A DNA stretch of 50,310 bases, counting the filler, from Trypethelium eluteriae (lineage: Eukaryota), in assembly GCA_051942245.1 (NCBI GenBank). It is 2 parts of 2 records of this genome, joined end to end, with 100 filler letters (N's around TTAATTAATTAA, not from the genome) between each part and the next. Parts side by side here need not be neighbours in the genome. Positions count along the whole stretch, not along the records: positions 1 to 25,110 come from JAVECL010000382.1; 1 more part is not named here. The stretch is one strand, 5' to 3'. Below, piece after piece: positions 11,555 to 23,908 of this stretch. Made by a program: the position numbers and the translations under genes. Under the pieces are notes generated by a model. It ran no database searches. It was not told the DNA's origin and saw nothing but the letters and a program-made list of their open reading frames with translations. Every line of letters starts with the position of its first letter. Within the stretch, counting starts at the first letter, position 1.

Positions 11555-13725
11555 ATGCCTAAATCTTCATCGAATCTTCAGAATGCGGGTCGGGCAAAGA
11601 GTTGCACCCACTGCCGCCAGGCGAAGCTCGCTTGCGACGCGCGAAGGACTTTGACCCAGCCATGCTCTCGGTGCAGATCTAGGAAACTCGATTGTCGATT
11701 TGACGCCAACTTCAAGCGCGTATCAACCAGAAAGTGAGCCAATAGTCGGCCAACATTTTCGCCGCACCATTCTTACGCAGACAGAATCACAGAAGAGATC
11801 AGAAACGGGCTACATGCCCTACGCTCTGTAGACCAAAGCTGTCTCTCAGAACGCATTACTTTAGACCTCGCTCAAGATTTGGAGACGAGTAGTGTCCTAA
11901 CAGATTCCAAAAAGACAGGGTCCTCGTCAGGTACTCCAGCCCAGAGAATAACGTCGTTGTGGCCCAGTATCACAAGCAACGACATGGGCCAGTCTTATTC
12001 CCTAGGCAAACTCACGCTAGAAGCCCATATCATCGTCGAACTGTATCAACAGTGCGTATTGTTCCTATCGGATACAAGCTTGTTCGTTGACTGAGCTTTG
12101 TAGCTTTGGCGAACACTATCAGCCTTATGCGATGTTCCTACAGCCATGTGCATCTCTATCAGATCTACTCACTAGGTCACCACTGCTCTTTTGGACTATC
12201 ATCTTAGTAGCCAGTCAAGAACACGCTCTGTTTGCGACATCGTATCAGGAATTAGTAGCTCTCCATCGCGAGGAACTCCTTTCTCCTATTCTTCAAAGAG
12301 CCATTCAGCGGGTTGAGACTATCCATGCACTACTTCTTCTTTGTTTATGGCCAGTTCCCCAGTCTCGACATTTTTACAACCCAGCTTGGAACTACGTGGG
12401 ACTGTCTATCAGCGCCGCTATGCAGCTGAATTGCCACAGTCCCTCGGGCTCCAGCAGCGGAACAAGCGGTTGGAACGGCCTTAGTCATACGGCTGCGAGT
12501 GAACTTAGCACCATAGATCAGGCTCGAACCTGGCTAGGGTGCTTCTGGGTGGGGACTGAGTGAGTATTGGCAAAGTTGCAAATGCACATTTGTTGATTGA
12601 TGCTATAGGACTGCCTGTTTTTACGGGTTGCCGCCACCAATGTCAACGCAGCAACAAATGAAGTCTATCGACAAAGCCCTCGGTACCGTATCTCAATTCA
12701 TTCCGATATGGTTGGACGCACTCTTTTCGGTTCTTAAGATCACAAGCTCGGTAATGGACAGTCTTGGCAACGTCGAAGATCATGCTCTCCATATTTCGCT
12801 CACGCAGATGTTCGACGAGCAGTTAGACGAGCTGAAGAAGGTCAATGCTGCCCTCTGGAGATCTGAACTTGAGATTGGATGGTGTAACGCCAAGCTACGC
12901 CTCTACGCCTTGACGTTCACCATATCGGCTAGTGCAAATTCGTCCCTTAATTCACAGACGCAGATTCATCGACAAGCAATTTTACACAAAGCCTTCGAAA
13001 TTGCGTCGAACCTCACGAATGAATTAACAAGACTTGGCCAGCAATGTACGTCAGATTTGTACCCCGGTGGTCTCCTCACTTTCGTACCAAAGTCATATTT
13101 TACAGCACTCTTCAACGCAGCAACCTTTCTCTTTAGATTCATTGCCACCAGTCATATGCGTATGCGTACATCTATACAAGAAAGTTACGCTATGGACTCG
13201 ATTATAGAAGCACACAAAATATTCCAGTCATTTCCAGAACAGAGAGAGCTTACGCGTGCTGCTATTCATATCGAAATGTTCATCGATGTGCTCAAAGATG
13301 GCGGCGGGACCAGCATGGATGAGCTGGTTGTAAACAACAAATTGGGAGCGTCAGTTATGTTTGACGCTGTGTTTCGAGCATGTCGCCAAAGGAATATAGA
13401 TCCAAGAACTGGCAAGCCCTTGGCTGTGCGGGAATGGAAGACTGTTACCGAGACTTTCGCCCAAAGGCTGCCTGATGTACCGGCGCAGAGCATGAGCGAT
13501 AATCATGAAAAGATCAATGGCTTTACGGATTACGAAGCTAATAACCCTGAAATCATCGAGCCTTCATCAGCTGGGGAGGGGCAAAATACGCAATGGTGGG
13601 GAAATTGGGACAATTACATGGACCTCTTCCAAGTCGGAGTTGAGCAGTGGGAGATGATGGACATGGAAAAGTCGGCAGGTGATCATGACAACCTAGACGA
13701 GCTAGGAAACTTCATGTACGCGTAA
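11555..13725 (+). CDS. Zn(II)2Cys6 fungal transcription factor (4 exons)
   Basis: SCTHCRQAKLACD...PCSRCRSRKLDC binuclear cluster; middle homology region (SPLLFWTII...IHALLLLCLWP...RTWLGCF); acidic C-terminus. Introns at about 11734-11784, 12052-12102 and 12560-12608. Confidence 0.92.
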
Positions 13726-14025
13726 CCGGAGAACTATACCTGGAACAAGTGCTGCTGAGGGCGAGCGATGATAGGCACCTTTCCGGTGGATCACATGGAT
13801 ACCTAAAGTGGAGCATTTCCGCGCCGTATCTTATCCACAGTCGTCGGCTGTTCAGAGGAACAGAATTGGGCGGTCGTCGTTCGACAAGACAGATGTTCAA
13901 GTCGAGTCCAGATTTGGGACGATTGGCGGAAAGTGTAAGATGTCGATCATACTGTCTGGGGCTGTGCAAAACATTCCAACTGAAAGTTGCCAGTGTCAGA
14001 TGGGGTTAGCTCTGTCAATCCGTCA

Positions 14026-14062
14026 TCCCCGAAAACCGCAATTGCTTCCCCGAAAACCGCAA
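14026..14062 (+). promoter_or_regulatory. Duplicated 16-bp motif TCCCCGAAAACCGCAA (CCG-N4-CCG), candidate Zn2Cys6 binding sites upstream of the FAD oxidoreductase
   Basis: Exact copies at 14026-14041 and 14047-14062; TATA-like TATATAAA about 100 bp before the ATG at 14340. The function is inferred. Confidence 0.45.
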
Positions 14063-14339
14063 ACTGCGAAATCCGGAGTTTGTTCAGTTTCGGACTACAC
14101 TAATAAGGAGGCACGAAATATTGCCATCACATCTACAGTTGCGAAAGCCGCAAGTCACCTTGCAGCTGTATCGTACGCAGCAGCTGCGGATCATTCCTTA
14201 TGTTGATTACTCGATTGCCATCGCCCGTCCGTGGGATATTATATAAACTTCAAATGTGAGATGCTCCTTTGATATTTTCCATCTCGTCTTGAATTTCTGT
14301 TCTCTAAGATTGCCCTCATAGCCCAAGAAACCCGTGACA

Positions 14340-16361
14340 ATGAAGGCTCAACTCATCAAAATAGGGTTTCTACCGCTCCTTCATACAGTCTTTTGCATAG
14401 CAACGACCCTGTCTTCTGGTCAAGCCAAGTCAACGGAATGCAAAGCAACGCTGTTTGACGCATCATGGCCTAGCACGTCGCAATGGAACTCCCTTAATGA
14501 AAGTCTCTCCGGCCGTTTGTTGCGTCCTCTCCCACCGGCATCAGCTTGCCACCCCTCCTATCTGGACTTCTCCAACGACACATGCGCTGAGATCACCGCC
14601 GCATGGACCAATTTCACCTTTCATCAGAATAATCCCATCAGCACAGCGTGGAACAACATGAACAACGATTCGTGTATCCCAGACTCATCTGCGCCGTGCA
14701 CTGGGCTGGGCTATCCGGTCTATGTTGTGAATGCGTCGTCGGCTGATGATATAAAGGTCGCAGTGGACTTCGCAAGAGAGAATAACATCAGAGTGAATGT
14801 GAAGGCTTCGGGACATGACTATTTGAAACGGTGAGTTGAGACTTGGTCATTGGGACTACGTACTTGTGATAACAAATGACTAATTTGAAAGGTAGTACTT
14901 CATCACCTTTTTCGCTCTCAATATGGACAAGATACATGGTTGGACAATATGAATTCCACGACCGCTTCAAGCCAGAAGGCTGTTCGACCACAATAAACAC
15001 CACGGCTGTGACTGCTGGCGCTGGATCTTATGTCAGTGACATTTACCACCAATTAAATCTACGCAATCAGACAGTTGTCGACGGCATGGGAAAGGAAGTC
15101 ACCATGGGGGGTTACCTCACTGGCGGTGGTCATAGCCCTCTCTCTCATGTTTACGGACTAGGTGCAGATCAAGTCTACGAGATTGAGACGGTAACACCCA
15201 CAGGAGAAATTGTCAAAGCGAATGAGTGTCAAAATGCCGATCTATTTTGGGCTGTTCGGGGGGTAAGTATTCATTCAAACCCCTACCAGATATGGAAGGC
15301 GATGTTGACTTTTGATTAGGGTGGTGGAGGTACATTTGGAGTCTTGACGAAAGTTACAGTGCGCACATTCCCGGCTTCTCCGATAGCGCTGTACGACTTC
15401 AAGCTTCAAGCAGCACCAAACTCTACTGTCTACTGGGACATCATGGGTCATCTACTAGCTCAACTGCCTGACCTCTCCGCTGCGAATGTCTCGGCATTCA
15501 CGTATCTCTACCCCAACATCACTCCCTCGGAGTCTGGAGGTCCTGTGGCATCATTTGAAGGCGTTTTTGCATTACCTGAACCTACTTCATCAAGCTCATT
15601 GGAGGATTTGTTGACACCCATTTGGAGATATGTCAATGAGACGTATCCCAACCAAACAGTTACCCAGGCAAAATCGACTGTCTATCCGAATCTCTACAGC
15701 TTGTTCCTCGATTTTGCAGATGATAGCGCAGCCGGAGTAGATAAGGTTGTTGGATCGTGGCTTTTGCCACCGGATACACTGACGGACGATGCTTTTACCG
15801 ACGCACTTATCAGTTTTCTTGGAAACTCTGGCGGGAGGTTATATATGGTGTCTGGGCGAGGAGTCTGGAATGCGCAACCAAGAGGCGGTAGTGATGCTGT
15901 TAATCCTGCTTGGAGGAAAGCCCTGGTTCATGCTGGTAGGTTTAGCTCCTTGACTGAATTGAAGAGGAGGCGATAAGATCCTGTTCTGACATTATTGCTA
16001 TAGTGACATCGCAAGACTGGACACCTCTTAACACGACTCAGCAAGCAGCTGCTGAAGACGGTGTCAACAAAGTCCAGACCGAAGCTTTACGGCAATTAGT
16101 TCCTGAATCGGGTGCGTATCTCAATGAGGTATGTCTTTTCTCTTAGCTCCTGAATGTCTGTTTTGTGGAGTAGTTACTGATGAAGTAGCATAGGCATATT
16201 GGAATGAACCGGACTTTCAGCGAGCTTTCTGGGGATCCAACTATGAGAGACTATTGCAGATCAAGAAGTCTGTTGATCCGGATGATGTGTTCTGGTGTCA
16301 TGTTTGTGTTGGGAGTGAAGGATGGGAAATGATTGGAGATTCTTTGTGTCGGTCCAGATAG
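14340..16361 (+). CDS. Secreted FAD-binding oxidoreductase, berberine-bridge-enzyme-like (VAO/PCMH family), 5 exons
   Basis: Signal peptide; KASGHDY (His for covalent FAD); GGYLTGGGHSPLS; DLFWAVRG/GGGGTFGV; C-terminal BBE motif AYLNE..FWGSNYERLLQIKKSVDPDDVF. Introns at about 14831-14895, 15263-15319, 15936-16003 and 16129-16193. Confidence 0.92.
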
Positions 16362-16547
16362 AATAGCGGAACACCTTTGAGGACAGAGTAACCTCATGTA
16401 AAATCTATCTTCGCTTTTGGGCGTGAGTTATACAGTGGTGTAACTTGAGGGTTAAGTCGGCAGCCTAAGCCGTGGCTGAGCACACTAAGGAATGGGAATA
16501 CCTGGGGCAATTGTACCAGATTAGAGTCGCTAAACGAGCGGCTCACC

Positions 16548-18464
16548 TCAAAAAGTAGAAGCATGCTCAACCACCTCCGCATCAGCAAATCCTAGCCTCC
16601 TACCCTTGCCATCCTTATCTTCATCAAGAACGCCATACGTTATCTTTCTCTCGCCTATTCTCCTCGCAATCTCAATCGCGCTGCTATTACTCTCCACATC
16701 CCTCAACAGCGGCGCATCAAACGCTTTCGCGATCTCCAGGGGGCTAAAGCTCACATCCCTGCCCAATCTCCACCATCCATGAAACGCGATGAAAATCACA
16801 AAAGCCGCCAGGAATTCGATCAGCGCGGCGGCAAGATAATAGTAGTAATTTACTTGGAAGACATTCACCGGGTCGATCCTCTTCCCATGGACCGTCGTTG
16901 AAACATTCAGACCCTCGTCAATGAGCGACTTCAAGTAAGACTCGTTGAAGGTAGCAGCGGTGTATATAGACGTACGAAACATCAATTCGTTTAGAGTCGT
17001 GAGAATCTGCTGCGTGGTATCCTTCCAGGCCGGAGCGCAGTCGGTCTGATTGTCCCAGGCCTCGTAATTGGTAGTCATGTCGAAGGCGAATCGGTCGTAC
17101 GTCGTAGTGAAGGGATTATGGCCGGGCGACGATGGGACGAGGCCGACAAACGTGTAAAAGTTGGTGGCTCCTGCGGCGGCTATCCCTCCTAAGGCGGTCT
17201 TTAAATTGTTCGCATTAACTCGCAAGTTCTCTTGGATAATTGTCTCGTTAGTGATGCGGGTGTTGTTCGCGAGCTGTAACATTTTGGGATTGCTCGGAGG
17301 CTCCACGAATGTGATAGTATTGTTGGAGATTCTCACGTCGTATTCAGCAATACCGGGTGCGAATTGGCAGTAGTTCTTGATGTAGTGACCGACACATGAC
17401 TTTGATACAGCAGCATCCGTCGCTCCATAGTACAGAACAATTCTCTCATCGCCAACCTCGTCGAGGGTCTCATAGATTGCAATATTGAAAGCGGTACGAT
17501 TGTAGGGAACGGTCTCATCATCGTCAAACGCAGCTTGCTCCTCAGCGCTAAAAGGAGTCGTAAAGTTGATCGGAGAACTGGTCGAATTGCAAGACACAAG
17601 CGACAACGCAGCAGCTTGTACAGTAGCTAGGCATTCGCCTGGACACCCAGAGATTGTTTGAGACATCTCCACTCCCGCTGTATAATTCCGAAAAGTCGAC
17701 AGGAAGTCGTTACTGAAATCCACTGCAGCGCCGGGAACTCCTACAGGAGCGTTCTGATCGTTGACCAACATGACGCCAGTAAAGTGTGCAGGGATTTCTG
17801 GAGCGAGGAGTGCTTGTAGCTCGACGGGGGTTCCAGGAACCTTCAGTGACACTGAGGAAGCCCTCTGAAGCAAAGGCCCATCAACAACCACCAGTGCAGC
17901 ACAGAAACTGGCTATGGCAATGAAGTTCGTACGCCGACCAGCAGATATCGCCCCGAATGCTCCAAAGCTCATCTTCCAGTCATAGTAAAGTTGAAGATAC
18001 GTTGTACCTCGCATTGCATAAGACCACCAGACGACCATGGCTCCTTGTATGGCTGCAAGGCGTATCGCACTGTTACCGATTGCTGTCAAAATTGCAAGAT
18101 AGACTGTCGGCTGAATTTTCCAAGAAGTTACCTCCCGTCCGTTCGACATCCACAGAATAAGAAGAGATGGAGGTATACTAAGAAGGGTGAACAGGATTGC
18201 GGTCAATCCAAGAAGCGGACCCTTGCGGAGAAAGGACCTTTTGTATCGCTCCAGTCGTTTTGGCGTCGAGGTCGGTCTAATTCCGTCTTTGATTTCAGTT
18301 GTGGTAGATGCTGAAAGATCAGCAAGCTCGCTGTGCTGTATTTCCGCAGCATCTTTCTTCTCTCCATGCGAAGACCAGATACTGATGTCCTGCTGGGGAT
18401 CTGTAGCATGCATTGGGGGAATGGACCTGTCCTCGGATGCCGAGTACTCGCATGTCCTATCCAT
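16548..18464 (-). CDS. Fungal multi-pass membrane protein of unknown function (DUF3176-like) with a large glycosylated lumenal domain
   Basis: 638-aa intronless ORF with about 3 N-terminal hydrophobic helices, a Cys/N-x-S/T-rich central domain, a C-terminal TM and the tail GWWRLGRDVSFSPLEIAKAFDAP typical of this fungal family. DUF assignment is tentative. Confidence 0.75.
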   Translation of the reverse strand: MDRTCEYSASEDRSIPPMHATDPQQDISIWSSHGEKKDAAEIQHSELADLSASTTTEIKDGIRPTSTPKRLERYKRSFLRKGPLLGLTAILFTLLSIPPSLLILWMSNGREVTSWKIQPTVYLAILTAIGNSAIRLAAIQGAMVVWWSYAMRGTTYLQLYYDWKMSFGAFGAISAGRRTNFIAIASFCAALVVVDGPLLQRASSVSLKVPGTPVELQALLAPEIPAHFTGVMLVNDQNAPVGVPGAAVDFSNDFLSTFRNYTAGVEMSQTISGCPGECLATVQAAALSLVSCNSTSSPINFTTPFSAEEQAAFDDDETVPYNRTAFNIAIYETLDEVGDERIVLYYGATDAAVSKSCVGHYIKNYCQFAPGIAEYDVRISNNTITFVEPPSNPKMLQLANNTRITNETIIQENLRVNANNLKTALGGIAAAGATNFYTFVGLVPSSPGHNPFTTTYDRFAFDMTTNYEAWDNQTDCAPAWKDTTQQILTTLNELMFRTSIYTAATFNESYLKSLIDEGLNVSTTVHGKRIDPVNVFQVNYYYYLAAALIEFLAAFVIFIAFHGWWRLGRDVSFSPLEIAKAFDAPLLRDVESNSSAIEIARRIGERKITYGVLDEDKDGKGRRLGFADAEVVEHASTF

Positions 18465-19598
18465 GACGAATTATGAATAGAGCAAGGCAGTGAGTAGATC
18501 GAGCGAAACTCGAAACATTAGGGAAGGGAGTGATTTGTGAGGTGGCTCTTAGTGCAAGACGATGTCATCGTGTAGGAAGCAATGCCGCTCACGGCATCTA
18601 ATGCTGAAAGGCAAACTGACTCGAATGCTCCTCACTCTCATATGTTTCTGTCTCTTGTTGTTGAGGACTATGTATGCAGTATTGTTATCGAAAATATCTT
18701 GTCTGCAGTATCGAAGAACCAGCTTTGTCAAGTGCAGTCCACACTAGCCTCAGGCGGAGTAAGTTCCAGACCCTGCTGCTGAAGAATCGAAAATCAGAAA
18801 TAGCCATGTTCCTGTGCTGTCATGGGCGACGACGATGGACGAAAAATGCAGACATGCCTTGCCATGTCTGCCAAGCTGCATGGGATTTCACACGGACTTG
18901 ACGGAAGGAACCACTGTCCATGCATCCAAAAATTCGGCGGTCCTATGACTAAGTGCTTCTCCTGTCCGGGGTCGTCTTTAGGGCGGGCCGGTCCAGAAGA
19001 TAGCATTCTTCAGTTTCTCCTATCTGACCAACCAGTTGAAGAGACTCTTGTCCGAAATTGAAGGTTTGGAAGGCCATCTCCAGCTTTTGTTGGCCCATGT
19101 ATTCGGACATTCTGATCTGGAGTAGTTTTGCTAAGGTACAAGAGGAGAACGGTAGCTAAGTGACAAGCCCCAACTCAAGAGGAAGGCCTCGGCGCTTAAG
19201 CTTCTTGGCGGAGGTGTATGAAAAGTCGCACTTTCTATGCAAGACACAAGGTGTCTGCAGATGATAAGTGCTATCACATGTTGCGGCTGTGCATAGATCG
19301 TCAATTAATAAGAATATGACTTATCGTAGCACATTTGGCAGGATCACAGCCTGTTCAGAAATGACAAACTACAAGGATCCCCGCGTTGTGGCTTCGAGTG
19401 TGCATGTCAAGCTAGTGGTGTGCCAGGGCCAAAGGGAAAAACCGCTCAGCTCGATCGGCGACAAGAGCATATCTTGACCAGTTACTCTGTTGTAAGGAGG
19501 TAGAGTGCAGATGAAAAGTGGAAGAAGTGTAATGGGAAAGTGAAGTCTATGCACGAGGTTCCGAGACACGACCTCAGTACCTAACCTGGAACAGGTCC

Positions 19599-20372
19599 CT
19601 AGTCACGTGCACGAAGGCCACCAATCAGATCAAGCTTGAATTTGCAGCTGCCATATAATGATCGCTCCAACAAATTCACATGTCCAGCCAGCCAATGACC
19701 ATTTCCTCGCCTCTTCTCCCACCTCTTCTGCCTCTCAGCACCCCTCAGAACACTAAAACTCACATCGATTCTTGCTCCCAAGACCTTGTTGACCTCTGCG
19801 GCCATCGAGTCAGGTAATTCCAACTCCACCACCGCAGCGTAAACTGGAGTGCCATACCGGAATATCGCTGCCTTTATCAGTCGTCTAGGTCGCAATCTCA
19901 TGACTCTGTCTTCCAAATTTTCCATATCATTGTCTACTAGCTTCGGCCTCACGATCATTGCGCCTCGCTCATTGCCATCTAATGGTCTCACGGATCTGCC
20001 TAGGTTAAACCATGTCCAGGATTTATTCTCGAAAAACAACGTAGAAGTCTCGCCCTCGATTGCCTTGGAGTCGATGTGGATGTCAAGCTTGCGAATAGCG
20101 ACCCGGGAAATGTGAGAGGCTTTGAAACGAGATACGTGCGCCCTGCGTCAGTTCCTGAGTGGCGAATGGATTCGTTGCAGCAGTTGTCGTCCGAAGCCAA
20201 TATTCGGCAGTATCGAGAACATAAATGAGCAGCCCACGTGAAGTCCGAAGATCGAAGACTTGGAAAAGCAGGAAATATACATGAAAGAAATCCGAAGAAG
20301 GGCCGGGAACCGGTGTTGCGGTTAGAGTATGGCGAACCTTGCCGCGCACCTTCCCCAGGATGATGGCACCAT
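19599..20372 (-). CDS. Hypothetical protein (main exon about 20142-19599; small upstream exon tentative)
   Basis: The frame stays open upstream of the listed ORF to a CTGAC..CAG acceptor (AHVSRFKASHISRVAIRKLDIHID...). Possible first exon MVPSSWGRCAAR with a GTTCGC donor. No recognisable domain. Confidence 0.35.
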
Positions 20373-21646
20373 GGCTAGGCTGGGTATGGCAATTAACCCT
20401 AATTTTAGTTCGTTCTCTAATTTAAACATTTACCGCAATCCCAGTTGAACCCTAATACTTGATTGATTTCAGCCCAGTATACCCCTGAAGCGTGGTCCTT
20501 ATATACATGACTTAAGCACCGTAGCAGTCAGATAAACGAATCCAGCCTGATTCTTGTTACAATTTGGTATTACGGATCGGCAGATCAAGTGCCCGACGAA
20601 CCCAATTAGCCCCAACTTCGTGAATTCTAGGAATAGCCTGGTCGATCTGCAAGACGTATCCGGCAAATGGGATAGTTCTAACCAAGTTCGGGTCCCAATC
20701 AGTCAAGCTTCTTCAATCAAGTGGACAATCTTCATCCAATTAGGGCATCGCAGTACCGACTCTGCTTTCCAGCCCGGAATGATCATCAGGGTAACACAAG
20801 GGCCTCGGAAACCAATTCTACCAGCCGGAATAGCATGAAACCCCATTTCAAAGCCTCTTGTAGATACACATACCCACACAAGAGTTGCAAGATAGCCGAA
20901 CACGAAGATAAAAGACCTTCAAGCAAGGCATACGCTTCAGGACGATAGCATTGTACTGCTCTTGCGACTCTGTTCATTCGATCTCTGCACCTATCCCTTA
21001 TTCTTGGACTCTTTATAGGTTATTAACCGTCTGGTCGGTTAAGTAGCCCCGGGCTCATTGTAGTCAAAGCAGGGGCAATACCTAGACTGCTGCTTCTGTT
21101 CGATATACTTGCATCAACAAAATGAAATCATTCGCTCGGTTGAATTGAATCCTTTTACCGAGAGCAGGTAAATATGAAACTAGCTGAGCCTTTCTCTAAA
21201 AGATACTGTTAATATATTTCTTGCGTACTCGACCAATAACGGTACTCAATACCGACTCCTGAGATCTCGCTTCCCAGCCTCCGAACACGTTCTCCTCTCT
21301 TGACCTTGTCATGTAATTCTTAAACAGTGCAAGGAGATGCTCGAGGTGTGTTGCATTGCGACCTTTACCCGCCGCCTGCTTAACAGAAACCCGTCAGTCA
21401 CCGGCCGAACGGAGGATGTCTCTATCTGTTTGGCAAATATGCCTGTTTTATAGTATCTTTCGCCTCTTCTCCGGTTATTCTAAAGCTCCTAGCATATCTA
21501 TTTCATGTTGTAAGACCTCCTCAATTTTCCCTTCTACTCGAGGAAGCCACGGTCAACGACAGACATTGTATCAACACCTATTTCGTTCCACGGTCCCGAG
21601 GTGACGTTCGGAAATTCTATCGCTTCTTTCGTTCGACGTCTTTGAC

Positions 21647-23041
21647 ATGCAACGGCTCTTTCTTCTTGTAGTGGCGCTTCTGGCGTCCGAGTGTTACTCA
21701 AATACCTTGCTCCGTTTCTCATGCTCGCAGCTAAACGTGCAGCGTCTTGATCCGTACGCAGCTTGCACATATGACTTCTATATTTACTGATCTACGACTA
21801 GCTTGGTATTCCCTGGTCAAATTCCGTCGCCGCATCTCCACCAAATCGTTGGAGGGGTAAATACTGTACAATCTTCAGCTTTCTTTTCTGACTAGCAATA
21901 GAATGGATTCAACGCAACTATGCCTGTTGAGGACTTGAGCACGCAGTCAACTTGCACGACATGTACCTTCACTCAGGATCTATCTAACTACTGGACCGCC
22001 ACACTATTCTTTCGGGCACGAAACGGTAGTTTCCATCGCGTCCCGCAAAAGGGCAATGAAGGCTTTGAGTCAGCGAATGGTGGCATGACGGTATATTATG
22101 TCCAACCGTACGACGGCAGTTCGGTCACAGCTTTCAAACCAGTGCGTCTTCCATTCCTAGCAAGCTGAATACTATTACTCACCACGTTACCAGGGCTTTC
22201 GCATGATAGTCGGAAACCCGGGGTACAGGACTGAAGCTGATGTACTTGCTTCGCCGGGTCAGCACCGTCAACTCACTTTTACGTGCTTGCAAGACGCTTC
22301 GACAAGAACCGGTGAGACGTACAATATGCCCGAGCAGCCTTGCCCTGCAGGCATCATGGCAAACGTTCGCTTCCCAACGTAAGTAAAAAAGTAACTTCCT
22401 TCTGGTAGCTCTGTTCACATAGGGCATTCTAGTTGCTGGGACGGACAGAACCTTGACACCCCCAACCACATGGATCACACCGCCTACCCGACGAGTGGTA
22501 CCTTTGAGAGCGACGGGCCGTGCCCTTCCACTCACCCGGTCAAGATTCCGCAACTGTTTTTTGAGGTTGTCTGGGACACAACTGGATTCAACGACAAGTC
22601 CCTTTGGCCCACTGATGGCTCGCAGCCTTTCGTGTGGAGTTATGGCGACCCGTAAGTCCATCGCCCCAGATTCAGGGGCGCAGAACCACTGACAAGATCA
22701 ACTTCAGCACTGGATTTGGAACACACGGTGACTATATGTTTGGATGGCAGGGCAATTCGCTGCAAAATGCCATGAATTCCAATTGCGATGTCACATGTAA
22801 CGTTCTGACATCTCAGGATATCTCAACGGCCAATCAGTGTACCAAGCCGGTTGTTGTCACTGAGAACATCGACGGCTGTAAGTTTTCCTATCTACTACTC
22901 CCCGTGTTAACTTGGTTGACATGCCTAGGGCTCGACGAGCTCCCTGGAAATATGTCGGTCACTGGCTCCAATCCTACCACCTCTATAGCTGCAAGCATTG
23001 CTGGTCCTGCTGCTACGACCAACCCCAAGTTCGGTCATTAA
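21647..23041 (+). CDS. Secreted DUF1996-domain protein (multi-exon)
   Basis: Signal peptide MQRLFLLVVALLAS; LRFSCSQLNVQRLDP/LVFPGQIPSPHLHQIVGG/NGF; STCTTCTFTQDLSNYWTA; CWDGQNLD; CPSTHPVKIPQLFFEVVWDT; GFGTHGDYMFGW. These are characteristic DUF1996 motifs; about 6 short canonical introns. Confidence 0.9.
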
Positions 23042-23469
23042 CCGAAACGCCCTGCATTAGGTGGTAGTAAGACGATGACTATTACGTGGGAGTCTGCTTA
23101 GAAGATTTCGTTTCGTGGCTTTCTGATTTGTCTGTAATAGACATTAGTTGCAGATAAATTGAGGTTTCGAATTGACTATGTTCCACCCAATTGGCTCTAC
23201 GCTACTTGAACCGACTACACCAACCTCTTGCGTCCAAAATCTACGCCATAGACGGTTTTAATCCTACTGCAGAGGTTCGCGCGGGAGTGTCGGCGGGTAG
23301 AATTTTGTTGGAATGATTTCTTCCAATAACACGAAGTTTCGGACCAAGACTCTCCAGGCGGATTGCGTAAGTCGGAAGTTCGAGCTCATGTTGTATTCAG
23401 ATGACACTGGGTGTAAGATATGCTACACAGTTGACACAATAGACTAAAAACTTAGGGAACCCACGAACG

Positions 23470-23642
23470 GGACCGAGTGGGATCTGAGCAAGCCTGAGCA
23501 GGACCCGAGCGGTGCTTGAATCAGCTTGAGCGGTACCTCAGCCGGCTTAAGCAGCACTTGAGCGAGCCAGCTCCAGCTAGCCAGAGGAGGCACCTGGGCA
23601 GTCAGAGCATGAATTGAGCCGAAGTTGAGCCAGTGGCTTGAA
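23470..23642 (+). repeat. Degenerate ~10-11-bp periodic repeat with (C/T)TGAGC core
   Basis: gatctgagca agcctgagca ggacccgagc ggtgcttgaa tcagcttgag ... cacttgagc ... aattgagcc gaagttgagc. Confidence 0.65.
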
Positions 23643-23908
23643 TTAACCTTTATAGCATATTAGCTTAAATGCAACCTATCTGGGTGATGGACTTGGCCGT
23701 TTTTACCCTCGAAATCAAGACCTCTGTCAAAGCCGAAACTCTCTCAACGAAATCTACTCCGTGAACGAACCACAAGCAGGAATGCTAATCCACCCGCAGC
23801 CAAACCTAGTATCGATCGCATTGCGGGCGATTGGCTGCATGACTTCACAGAGATCCAAAATCCATACCAGGGTTGTGAGGGTTTCTGCACAAAATGGCCT
23901 TCTGCAAC

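Noticed and set aside
11555..16361. Counting the Zn2Cys6 TF and FAD oxidase as members of the diterpene cluster
   Set aside because: They are about 9 kb away, separated by unrelated genes and an artificial linker of unknown true distance.
20394..20456. Telomere-like TAACCCTAA motifs (also near 1877)
   Set aside because: Only isolated units of about 1.5 copies, as expected by chance in AT-rich DNA.
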